The translations under genes and the position numbers were made by a program. 64,000 nt of DNA from a bacterium (GTDB lineage Bacteria; Actinomycetota; Acidimicrobiia; Acidimicrobiales; Bin134), in NCBI GenBank assembly GCA_026705465.1, contig JAPPAP010000017.1, positions 6,100 to 70,099 of the forward strand, read 5' to 3'. Of the stretch, positions 1-7,662 are shown in pieces. The notes under the pieces were generated by a model, which saw only the letters and a program-made list of their open reading frames with translations, searched no databases and was not told the origin of the DNA. The first letter of the stretch is position 1; each line of letters starts with the position of its first letter.

Positions 1-19
1 CGCTGGCCTCGATAAGCGA

Positions 20-307
20 CTACACCACATCGGCTGGGCTCTCTTGAGGGCCAGGATGAAGCGTGGACGGCCTCTGCGCCGATACCCCGCCCGGATAGAA
101 GGCGGTCGGTTGTCCAGCCAGGGCGTCGCTGGTCATCCGATGGCTGGCCTGAGCCCCATACCGGAGATGACAGACGATGTTGAGCCGGCTCCATCCCGGC
201 AGTTGGGAGTCAGCCGAAACGATGTCGGGCTCAACTGCTTCAAGCACCCCGGCCAACTCCCGGTGCCTCGACGCAACCGCCTCGGCAATGCCAACGCCGC
301 CGATCAC
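20..307 (-). CDS. DinB/MDMPI-like (mycothiol-dependent maleylpyruvate isomerase family) N-terminal domain ORF of only 95 aa, probably truncated or decayed
   Basis: The pattern ...SQLPGWSRLNIVCHLRYGA... is typical of DinB_2/MDMPI_N domains. The ORF ends at TAG 20-22, far short of normal family length. Confidence 0.4.
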   Translation of the reverse strand: MIGGVGIAEAVASRHRELAGVLEAVEPDIVSADSQLPGWSRLNIVCHLRYGAQASHRMTSDALAGQPTAFYPGGVSAQRPSTLHPGPQESPADVV

Positions 308-309
308 TG

Positions 310-1128
310 CTACGGCTTGACCACCGCGTCGTCCAGTCGCTGGTGCACCATGGACATTGCGGTTAGGGCATCGACGAGTTCGGTGTCGGTGACATCGCGA
401 TGCAGCTTGGGATCATGGGCAGTGGGGTTGCGGTAGAGGCCGAGCAGTCCCTTGGTGAGGTTGGCGAAGCCTGATTGCTCGCTGTGGTCGGTTGCTGTGA
501 GCCCATCATTTATGGCCAAGACCGGACCACTGGCGTTGGTCAAGGTGTCATCGACCAGAGCTGCGCCGTCGTTTGTGAGACCTGTTAGAGCCCTGATGCG
601 GTCGGGAATGCTCTTGGCAGCCTCCAACAGAGCATGAAAGTTGTTCTTCTGGAGCAATTCGAGCGTGCAGTACCGCATGAGATCCGGATGGGTGTTCCGC
701 CGGCGGAGTTCGGTCAGAATGGTGCCTGCATGCTCCGCTGCTTGGTTCAAGGTGGTGGCCTTGCCTGCCTTTGCCCTGCCGACCTTGCCCTCATCGGTAA
801 TGCGAAGGCCGGCGTGGATGAGTACTTCATCGAGTTCGCTTTGGAGGCGGGCGAATTCGGCCGGCTCGTTGCGAAAGCGAACGGGGGCCATAGCCGAAGC
901 GATGAATGCCACCACGCAGTTGCCGACCCTGTCTCGATTTTGACGAGCGGCCAATGCGTTGAACAGACGCTTCCTCTTGTTCATTCCAGGAGCCACATCA
1001 CGGACCTTTGCCCGGCCCAGGTGAGTGTCAATCTCACTGCCGGTCAGCCCACCTGCTGTGGCTCCTAGGACGTCGGCGATGCCCTCAAGTACATCGGCGG
1101 AGAAAGTCGGGATGGAGTCTTCGGACAC
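310..1128 (-). CDS. TIGR02391 (Hypoth_Ymh) / Abi_C-like protein (abortive-infection-associated family)
   Basis: 272-aa ORF. The C-terminal segment ...GLLGLYRNPTAHDPKLH... matches the conserved RNPxAH core of the TIGR02391 family. It sits in an island of TA/defence genes. Confidence 0.75.
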   Translation of the reverse strand: MSEDSIPTFSADVLEGIADVLGATAGGLTGSEIDTHLGRAKVRDVAPGMNKRKRLFNALAARQNRDRVGNCVVAFIASAMAPVRFRNEPAEFARLQSELDEVLIHAGLRITDEGKVGRAKAGKATTLNQAAEHAGTILTELRRRNTHPDLMRYCTLELLQKNNFHALLEAAKSIPDRIRALTGLTNDGAALVDDTLTNASGPVLAINDGLTATDHSEQSGFANLTKGLLGLYRNPTAHDPKLHRDVTDTELVDALTAMSMVHQRLDDAVVKP

Positions 1129-1424
1129 CTCAAGATCATATGGATCGAGTGCTGGCAGTTTGCCCCCACTTTCGGGTGTGCCTGAGGTCTGATCCTCACT
1201 CCTCGAAGACTCGTCAACAGCCTTCGGCCGCCAGTGGGTTGATACGTGCCAGCAACCTTGGCCTGTTCATCAGCTCCATCATCGGCCTCGGCCGAGCCGC
1301 CGCCAATCAAACCTCCTCCACCCTCCTCGACGACAGGCGCCACACCCGTAATCGGTCCGAATCCGTCGTTTCCCTCAAATTACCCTGTTGTAATTGTCAT
1401 AGCCTCCCGATACCCTCGCGCGCC

Positions 1425-1577
1425 ATGAAAGACAAGATCCTCATCGTCTTTGCGCTGGCAGTCGGGATCCCAATGCTCTTCGGCAACTTCTGGTTTGTCG
1501 CCGTGACTGGATCCATCGTTGAAGCAACCGTAAATCCCCTATTGGACATGTTCCTAGACTCAATCGGGCCCGACTAA
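1425..1577 (+). CDS. Hypothetical 50-aa hydrophobic small ORF (MKDKILIVFALAVGIPMLFGNFWFVAVTG...)
   Basis: ATG at 1425 in a relatively AT-rich spacer. One clear hydrophobic helix. No recognisable family. Confidence 0.2.
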   Translation: MKDKILIVFALAVGIPMLFGNFWFVAVTGSIVEATVNPLLDMFLDSIGPD

Positions 1578-1787
1578 AACTCCAGGTCAACACCGGTACA
1601 CACCGCCTAGAGCCCCGTGGGTCCAGTTCCTAGTGGGGTTCGCAAACTAGCCCTAGGCCTTCTCAGGCAGTGTCTTTCGAAGCCGACTCATTCGAGGTTC
1701 TAGACAGGCCTTAGCTCCCGACATCGTGACCAACTGTCACAGGTGCTCGTTAAAGTCGAACGTCAGCGTCAATATTGGAGATTCAAG

Positions 1788-2795
1788 ATGGCAACCGCCC
1801 ACAAGGACGATTACCCAAAGCAAGACTTGGAGCAGGCACTCCGTATCCCTCGTCTGATCCTGGAGCAGAACGCCGGAAAGCCCTGCAGCCGAGAGGAGGT
1901 GGCTGCATTCGCTGGCGTCGCCCTCACGGGGAGGTTCAAATCCGAGATCACATCTTGCAAGCGGTATGGCCTTCTTGAGGAGGATGTCGAACTAACGGTT
2001 TCGGGCCGGGCACGTGCCATCCTCAGGCCTCAGTCGAATCAGGCCGATATGTCGGCAAGGCGCGACGCAATCCGAGCGGCACCGGTCATAGGTGACATCT
2101 ACGACTACTACAAGAGTGAGAATCTCCCTGACGACCAGTTCTTTCGCAACGCACTGATCGAGCGGTTTGGCATTCGCGAGGAAAGAGTGCCCGATGTTAC
2201 GAGGGTCCTCATGAAGTCACTTGAATATGCAGGCCTTCTTGAGAAACATGAGGATCACGTTCGGGTGCTTGATCCATCAGGAGGGGGCGAACGCGACGCC
2301 GAAGTCGCCGTGGACCGCGAAAGAGCATCGGAAGAAGATCACCACGAAGAAGAGGATGAACGTTCGACGTGCTTTGTCGTACAGCCCTTCGCTGAACCAT
2401 ATGGCGGGTACTTCAGCCTCATCTATGAGCCAGCGATCGAAGGTGCAGGTCTCCAGGCTATGCGAGCGGATGCAGAGATCTTCGGAACCGGGAAGATCAT
2501 GGATCAGATTTTCGCGGGAATTCGAGAAGCGACAGTGTTGGTTGCTGAGCTCACAACAAGGAATCCAAACGTCCTCTACGAACTTGGCCTGGCACACGCC
2601 CTACAAAAGCCCGTAGTGCTGGTCTCAAACAACGAAGGTGACGTGCCATTTGACCTCAGCCACATTCGAGTGATCTATTACGACACAAGCGATCCGTTTT
2701 GGGGTGAGAAGCTGAAGGGCAAGATCACTGATCACCTGAAGTTGGCCCTTGAACATCCAGACGAGATCACCTTTGATCCAACTGGTTCGGGCTAG
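1788..2795 (+). CDS. Two-domain protein: helical/wHTH-like N-terminal region, acidic linker, C-terminal nucleoside 2-deoxyribosyltransferase-like / TIR-like Rossmann domain
   Basis: GGAGA lies 8 nt upstream of ATG 1788. The C-terminal pattern CFVVQPF...IYEPAIE...RADAE...ATVLVAELTTRNPNVLYELGLAHALQKPVVLV is characteristic of NDT-like/TIR-like domains seen in conflict systems. Confidence 0.65.
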   Translation: MATAHKDDYPKQDLEQALRIPRLILEQNAGKPCSREEVAAFAGVALTGRFKSEITSCKRYGLLEEDVELTVSGRARAILRPQSNQADMSARRDAIRAAPVIGDIYDYYKSENLPDDQFFRNALIERFGIREERVPDVTRVLMKSLEYAGLLEKHEDHVRVLDPSGGGERDAEVAVDRERASEEDHHEEEDERSTCFVVQPFAEPYGGYFSLIYEPAIEGAGLQAMRADAEIFGTGKIMDQIFAGIREATVLVAELTTRNPNVLYELGLAHALQKPVVLVSNNEGDVPFDLSHIRVIYYDTSDPFWGEKLKGKITDHLKLALEHPDEITFDPTGSG

Positions 2796-2857
2796 ATGCT
2801 GTTCAACAATGGGGCAAGGACGGCTGGCCGTAGTGCCATGAGAGACAGAATTCACGG

Positions 2858-3622
2858 GTGTTTCGAGCGGGGGCACGGTCGGTGAGCGCATTCACGCCCT
2901 ACGTGAGCGAGCAGCTCAAGGCGTACGTCTATCTGTTGATCGATCCGCGCGACGGAGAGGTCTTCTATGTGGGCAAGGGAAACGGGAACCGGGTGTTCGC
3001 CCACGCCCAAGATGCCCTTGGCGACGAGGAGGCGGCGAGCGACAAGCTGGATCGGATCAGGGAGATCCATGGCGCAGGCCAACAAGTCGAACATCAGCTG
3101 CTGCGGTTCGGGCTCACCGACCGAACGGCATTCGAGGTCGAAGCAGCGGCAATTCAGCTGCTGGGCATGGACGAGCTCACCAACAAGGTCGAGGGACATC
3201 ACGTTTGGCGGCGGGGCCGAATGACCACTGATGTCGCAATATCGCTCTTTGATGCTCCCTAAGCGCCTGAGATCAAAGAGCGGGTGATCCTGTTTCGGAT
3301 TCCCCGGCTCTGGTCACCGGAGATGTCCGCCGAGGAACTGTACGAGACAACGCAAGGCTGGTGGACGCTTGGGGCCCGCCGCAAAGGCGCCGACTACGCC
3401 TTTGCCGTCAACCGGGGTGTCATCCGCGAGGTGTATCGGATTGACAGCTGGCGACAGCGACAGCCAGGCGACCGGGACTGGGAACAAGACATCGGCAAAT
3501 CCCGCAAGCGGTGGGGCTTCAGCGGCGAGGTTGCCGATGAGCTCGCGCACTACCGCAACACCAGCATGCGCCACCTCTTCAAACAGGGCGAGTCCTCACC
3601 CTTCAAGTACGTGAACTGCTGA
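2858..3622 (+). pseudogene. GIY-YIG nuclease family gene interrupted by a single in-frame TAA (3260-3262)
   Basis: ORFs 2858-3262 and 3284-3622 are in the same frame. The N-terminal part has YVYLLIDPRDGEVFYVGKGNGNR (GIY-YIG). Read-through gives ...SLFDAP*APEIKERVILFRIPRLW... with no frameshift. Confidence 0.7.
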
Positions 3623-3645
3623 GATTGAGCTTCGCCTAGCTGTAG
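3311..3645. repeat. Direct repeat copy 1 (3-prime end of the GIY-YIG gene plus about 20 nt of flank)
   Basis: Near-identical to 4591-4782, except that 3443-3586 is absent from copy 2. Confidence 0.85.
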
Positions 3646-3694
3646 TGCCCATAGAGGTTGTGGACGCGTGAGCCAGGTGTTGTCTGTCAAATGG

Positions 3695-4018
3695 TCACGG
3701 CGGTGGAAAAGTCGTGGCGAATCGGCGTGCGGTGGTTTCGTCTCCGGCGATGGTCAGGTCTGCGACATCCACGCGGCCCAACAGCAGCCCTAGTAGATCG
3801 GCTTTCGGCCCCGAGATGGTTGCTTCGACTTGGCAGGCCTTGCCGGGAGAAGCCGATACCACGCCTTGGGACACTGCCACGTTGAACTATGGGCCGTCGG
3901 TGGCCACCAGGTTCCATGAGCCCGATGGGGCTTGGCCGGGGGTGTGGCGTCGTGGGAGCCAGGCGATCCTCATGGGGAGTGCGGCGTCGATGAACGGATC
4001 GCTCCAACCGGAGAGGCC
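3695..4018 (-). pseudogene. Remnant of the C-terminal domain of an MDMPI/DinB-family gene, with an in-frame TAG at 3887-3889
   Basis: ORFs 3887-4096 and 3695-3880 share a frame. The joined product ...WNLVATDGP*FNVAVSQG...ATISGPKADLLGLLLGRVDVADLTIAGDETTARRF resembles MDMPI_C. There is no N-terminal half upstream, because the yefM promoter occupies that position. Confidence 0.4.
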
Positions 4019-4033
4019 AAGTTGGAAGTTGCG

Positions 4034-4060
4034 TTCTGTATAGAATTCTGTACAATTCTC
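4034..4060 (+). promoter_or_regulatory. Putative YefM/Phd operator: two TTCTGTA direct repeats 12 bp apart, the second containing a TGTACA palindrome
   Basis: The sequence is gcgTTCTGTAtagaaTTCTGTACAattctc, about 40 bp upstream of ATG 4095, in an AT-rich patch. Confidence 0.4.
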
Positions 4061-4094
4061 CAATAGCCAAGCCCGACGACTGCGGGAGACTCCC

Positions 4095-4331
4095 ATGACC
4101 CCACTTACCGAGGCCCGCAGCCGCCTCAGCGAAATTGTTGACGATGTTGCTTCGACTGGCTCGACGATCGAGATCTCTCGTCACGGGCGGCCTGTAGCTG
4201 TGGTCATGAGCTACGAAGAGTATGAGTCGCTACTGGAAACGCTGAACATCCTCGCCGATGACGCGACCATGGACGCCATCGCTGAAGCCGAGCGAGAAAT
4301 CGCTTCAGGCGATCTAGTCGAACTCGACTGA
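4095..4331 (+). CDS. Type II antitoxin, Phd/YefM family
   Basis: 78 aa. The sequence MTPLTEARSRLSEIVDDV...ISRHGRPVAVVMSYEEYESLLETL is a classic Phd/YefM N-terminal fold pattern. Confidence 0.9.
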   Translation: MTPLTEARSRLSEIVDDVASTGSTIEISRHGRPVAVVMSYEEYESLLETLNILADDATMDAIAEAEREIASGDLVELD

Positions 4332-4338
4332 GGGCCTC

Positions 4339-4581
4339 GTGGCAAAGTTGGCGCGCCGCGCCGAGAAGGATCTCAACGACCTGCCTGAGGCGCTGGCGGT
4401 CAAGGCAAAGGAGATCATCCGGCGTCTCGACCATGAGCCTCACCTAGGCAAGAAACTGTCGGGGCCCCTTCAAGGCAAGCGTTCTACCCGCCTTGGGCGG
4501 TCGCATCGAATCATCTACACGGCAAGCGAAGGCCAGGTCATCGTGCTGACGATTTCACACAGAAGGGACGCCTACCGCTGA
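4339..4581 (+). CDS. Type II toxin, RelE/ParE family
   Basis: 80 aa, GTG start 8 nt after the antitoxin stop. The sequence ...KKLSGPLQGKRSTRLGRSHRIIYTASEGQVIVLTISHRRDAY is the RelE/ParE signature. Confidence 0.9.
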   Translation: MAKLARRAEKDLNDLPEALAVKAKEIIRRLDHEPHLGKKLSGPLQGKRSTRLGRSHRIIYTASEGQVIVLTISHRRDAYR

Positions 4582-4590
4582 TGCTGGAAG

Positions 4591-4782
4591 TGGTCACCGG
4601 AGATGTCCGCCGAGGAACTGTACGAGACAACGCAAGGCTGGTGGACGCTTGGGGCCCCGCCGCAACGGCGCCGACTACGCTTTTGTCGTCAACCGGGGAG
4701 TCATCCGCGAGGTGTATCGGATTGGCGAGTCCTCACCCTTCAAGTACGTGAACTGCTGAGCTCGGCCTTGCCTTAGCTGGGC
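4591..4782. repeat. Direct repeat copy 2: degenerate duplicate of the GIY-YIG gene 3-prime end
   Basis: Matches 3311-3442 and 3587-3645. It carries a 1-nt insertion (ggggcccc versus ggggccc), a few substitutions and a 144-bp internal deletion. Confidence 0.85.
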
Positions 4783-5045
4783 GAGGCAGGTCGCCGATCT
4801 TCTGCTTTCCTTCTGCGCAATCTGCCCAAAATGCCCCACGAGTCAGGAATGAGGCCCCGGTTCACGGTGATTGACGGCAGCACCTTAGGCATACGGACTT
4901 CGTTCTCGTTGTGGTCGCTGCCCTGGGGTTCGGTGCTCATGTGATCAGGCTATCTGCAAGAGCCAATATATTCGATGCCCTCCGATAAGCCCAGAACCCC
5001 ACCACTTGATGGGATATCCCATCGAGCCGCCTATCGTGTTCCTGC

Positions 5046-5573
5046 ATGGCCGACAAGCAGATCTATGTGATTGCTGGCCCTAACGGTGCGGGAAAGACCA
5101 CGTTTGCGATGAGGTATCTGCAAGGCGAAATACCTGGCCTGCACTTCGTCAACGCCGACCTCATAGCTGCTGGGTTGTCACCGCTTGATCGCGGAACAGG
5201 GGTGGAAGCTGTAGCCGGCCGGCTAATGCTGGCCGAAATCAACCGTCTGGCTGCCCAAGGGCACAGCTTTGCCTTCGAGACCACCCTGGCGGGCCGCAGC
5301 TACTTGAGGCGTATCGACCGGTGGCGACGTGACGGCTATCGGGTGGTGCTGGTGTATCTGAGTCTTGGGAGCCCCGAGGATGCTGTGCGGCGGGTAGCGG
5401 AGCGGGTGAGACAGGGTGGCCATTCAGTGCCTGAAGATGTGATTCGCAGGCGTTTCGACGCTGGACTGCGGAATTTGCGCGAGCACTACATTGGTAGGGT
5501 TGATGAGTGGAGAGTGTTGGACAACTCCGGACCGGTGCCGCTGCTTGTCGAACAAGGCGTGAATCATGACTGA
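5046..5573 (+). CDS. Zeta-toxin-like P-loop kinase / COG4185-type predicted ATPase
   Basis: The Walker A motif is in IAGPNGAGKTT. Size (175 aa) and the later ...FETTLAG... and ...GGHSVPEDVIRRRF... patterns are typical of the zeta-toxin/AAA_33 family. Confidence 0.85.
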   Translation: MADKQIYVIAGPNGAGKTTFAMRYLQGEIPGLHFVNADLIAAGLSPLDRGTGVEAVAGRLMLAEINRLAAQGHSFAFETTLAGRSYLRRIDRWRRDGYRVVLVYLSLGSPEDAVRRVAERVRQGGHSVPEDVIRRRFDAGLRNLREHYIGRVDEWRVLDNSGPVPLLVEQGVNHD

Positions 5574-5808
5574 GCCGAGCGATATCCACCAGAAGGACTC
5601 TGGCAACCATCCCCCTATCCTGCGCGGCGAAGAGTTGACCGAATCCATCTTGCGGTCGCTGAGGCTGGCCGCCAAGGACGCGCACCTATTGGCATATCAA
5701 ACCGGCACGGGGGTGGTGACGCGGCGCAATGGCAAGGTACAGCTCGTGCCTCCCGACCCGGCCATGTACGAAGACCTCATTCCGCCTCCCTTCCAAGCCA
5801 GCGACTAG
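5566..5808 (+). CDS. Small partner protein of the zeta-like ATPase (putative antitoxin/regulator)
   Basis: ATGA-type overlap with the kinase stop (5566 versus 5573). The segment ...AAKDAHLLAYQTGTGVVTRRNGKVQLVPPD resembles small proteins commonly paired with COG4185 ATPases. Confidence 0.55.
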   Translation: MTEPSDIHQKDSGNHPPILRGEELTESILRSLRLAAKDAHLLAYQTGTGVVTRRNGKVQLVPPDPAMYEDLIPPPFQASD

Positions 5809-5912
5809 GGGCATTCAGCAAGGCTCGAGGGCGTATCCGCCTGGCAATCGAGTAGACGGGACAACGGCAAGTCGTTCTCGGTTGGCAGGCAACTGGGAAT
5901 ATCGTTTGTCTC

Positions 5913-6212
5913 ATGCTGTCGCCCCATGTGGTCGAACTCGAGGTTCAAGAGCCGTACAAGCTCTGGCTCCGGTTCGATGACGGCATCACCGGCATAGTCG
6001 ATTTGTCGGATAGCGCGGCGCTTGTCGGCGTCTTCGCTGCATGGACCGACCAGGACTTCTGGCGCTCTGCCCATATCGTGGCCGATTCCGGCGCGGTGGC
6101 GTGGGGCGATGGCACTGAAGTCGACGTCTGTCCGCTAAGCCTCTATCTCGACGTCACTGGCCAATCCTTCGACGAACTGTCCTCCGAAGACCTCTCAGCC
6201 ATCGCTGACTAG
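5913..6212 (+). CDS. DUF2442 domain protein
   Basis: 99 aa. The pattern ...YKLWLRFDDGITGIVDLS...AVAWGDGTEVDVCPLSLY is the DUF2442 pattern. Confidence 0.85.
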   Translation: MLSPHVVELEVQEPYKLWLRFDDGITGIVDLSDSAALVGVFAAWTDQDFWRSAHIVADSGAVAWGDGTEVDVCPLSLYLDVTGQSFDELSSEDLSAIAD

Positions 6213-6278
6213 CCGGCAGTGCCCGAGCCTTCGCCTGGAGCTGAACCTACTTCACAATCTGCGGGCTGAGATGCTCCC

Positions 6279-6359
6279 AAACTGTAGGCTGTCCACTCAA
6301 TAAGTTGTTGGCTATAATCTCGATAAATTGTAGGATGAATCGCTAGCAAACTGTAGGAT
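6279..6359 (+). promoter_or_regulatory. Three direct repeats AAA(C/T)TGTAGG(C/A)T around a TATAAT box, upstream of the AAA/DUF4143 ATPase gene
   Basis: Copies start at 6279, 6325 and 6348, so the spacings are 46 and 23 bp. TATAAT is at 6313-6318 and GAAGGAG is at 6378-6384, ahead of GTG 6391. Confidence 0.4.
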
Positions 6360-6390
6360 AGCAGGAATTGACCAGCTAGAAGGAGCGCCC

Positions 6391-7662
6391 GTGTCCACAA
6401 CGCTCACCCCCAGCGGCTACATCCCACGAGTCAGCGACACCGCGATCCAAGAATTGCTCGACGCCATGCCGGCAATAGTGATCGAAGGCCCCAAAGGGTG
6501 CGGCAAAACATGGAGTGGGCGCAGATTCTGTCAAAGCGAGGTGCTGTTCGATCAGGATCTCAACGCTCGGCAGTCGGTGTCATCGACGCCAGGGTTCATC
6601 TTGGAGGGCAGCGAGCCGCGTCTGCTGGACGAATGGCAGCTCGCAGATGAAGTCTGGAACCAGGTGCGCCGTGCCTGCGACGAGGGGCACGACACAGGCC
6701 GATTCATCCTTACCGGCTCCGCATTACCACCCGACGACATCACCAGGCACTCCGGTGCTGGGCGGATCGGACGCGTGCGGATGCGCACAATGTCATTGCT
6801 CGAGAGCGGCGAGAGCACCGGGGAAGCATCCCTGCGGACACTGCTCAACGGCGAGCCAATGGCCACCCACCGGCCCGATGCCACTTTCAGAGACATCGTG
6901 GATGCGGTATGCCGGGGTGGCTGGCCCCGGCACCTCAACAAGCCGGTCAAAGAAGCCCAACTCCTTCTTCGCAACTATCTCAACGAGATTGCTCGCACCG
7001 ACATCTCCGCAGTAGACGGGATAGCACGCGATCCCCAAGGCGTCCAAAGGCTCATGGCGTCCATCAGCCGCAACATCGCCACTACGGCGTCGTTTTCAAA
7101 ACTGGCAGCGGAAGCCTCAGGAGACAGGAATCTGAATAGAACGACCGCCACGGAGTACCTGCGATCACTGGAACGCCTATTCGTCGTTGAAGACTTGCTC
7201 AATTGGGTTACCCACCTGAGGTCGCGGGCCCGGTTGCGAAGCTCACCCAAACGCCACTTTGTCGATCCTTCGCTGGCCGCAGCCGCCCTCGGAGCCACAC
7301 CCGACCGGCTCATGAGAGAATTGGACGCATTCGGATTCTTGTTCGAGTCGCTAGTGGTGCGCGACCTTCGCATCTACGGGCAGGCCAACGATGCTGACGT
7401 CTATCACTACCGCGACAGCGACAACCTGGAGGCCGACGCCATCGTCGAGGCCCGCGACGGACGGTGGATCGCGGTCGAGGCCAAGCTGGGCGGCCAGCAG
7501 TGGATTGAGGAAGCCGCTCAGTCCTTGCTCCGCCTGAAGGAGAAGGTGGACACCAACCGAGTGGGCGAACCCTCCAAGCTGCTCATCATCACCGCCACCG
7601 GCTACGGCTACGACCGACCCGACGGCACCACCGTCCTCCCTATAACCGCCCTCGGCCCCTAG
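6391..7662 (+). CDS. ATP-binding protein, AAA_14 + DUF4143 architecture (COG1373-type)
   Basis: 423 aa. The P-loop is in IEGPKGCGKTW. The later ...FLFESLVVRDLRIY... region is typical of DUF4143. Confidence 0.9.
   Translation: MSTTLTPSGYIPRVSDTAIQELLDAMPAIVIEGPKGCGKTWSGRRFCQSEVLFDQDLNARQSVSSTPGFILEGSEPRLLDEWQLADEVWNQVRRACDEGHDTGRFILTGSALPPDDITRHSGAGRIGRVRMRTMSLLESGESTGEASLRTLLNGEPMATHRPDATFRDIVDAVCRGGWPRHLNKPVKEAQLLLRNYLNEIARTDISAVDGIARDPQGVQRLMASISRNIATTASFSKLAAEASGDRNLNRTTATEYLRSLERLFVVEDLLNWVTHLRSRARLRSSPKRHFVDPSLAAAALGATPDRLMRELDAFGFLFESLVVRDLRIYGQANDADVYHYRDSDNLEADAIVEARDGRWIAVEAKLGGQQWIEEAAQSLLRLKEKVDTNRVGEPSKLLIITATGYGYDRPDGTTVLPITALGP

Noticed and set aside
3260-3889. In-frame TAA (3260-3262) and TAG (3887-3889) as possible programmed recoding events
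   Set aside because: Neither stop has a downstream recoding structure, neither is in a redox-motif context, and both lie in a region with other decay signs (truncations, a deleted duplicate). Nonsense mutations in pseudogenes are the simpler explanation.
20-4018. The MDMPI N-terminal fragment (20-307) and C-terminal remnant (3695-4018) as two halves of one gene split by an insertion
   Set aside because: Both are on the minus strand, but the N-terminal part lies at lower coordinates than the C-terminal part. That is the wrong order for a simple insertion split, so a rearrangement would be needed and it cannot be supported here.
3687-4184. 165-aa minus-strand ORF overlapping the yefM start and promoter
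   Set aside because: It has an Arg/Pro-rich artefactual composition. It is out of frame with the MDMPI-like remnant and overlaps a well-supported antitoxin gene.
4773-4940. 55-aa minus-strand ORF in the gap upstream of the zeta-like kinase, as a possible antitoxin
   Set aside because: It is on the opposite strand to the kinase. It has no RBS, no recognisable fold pattern and a basic low-complexity tail. It cannot be supported from sequence alone.
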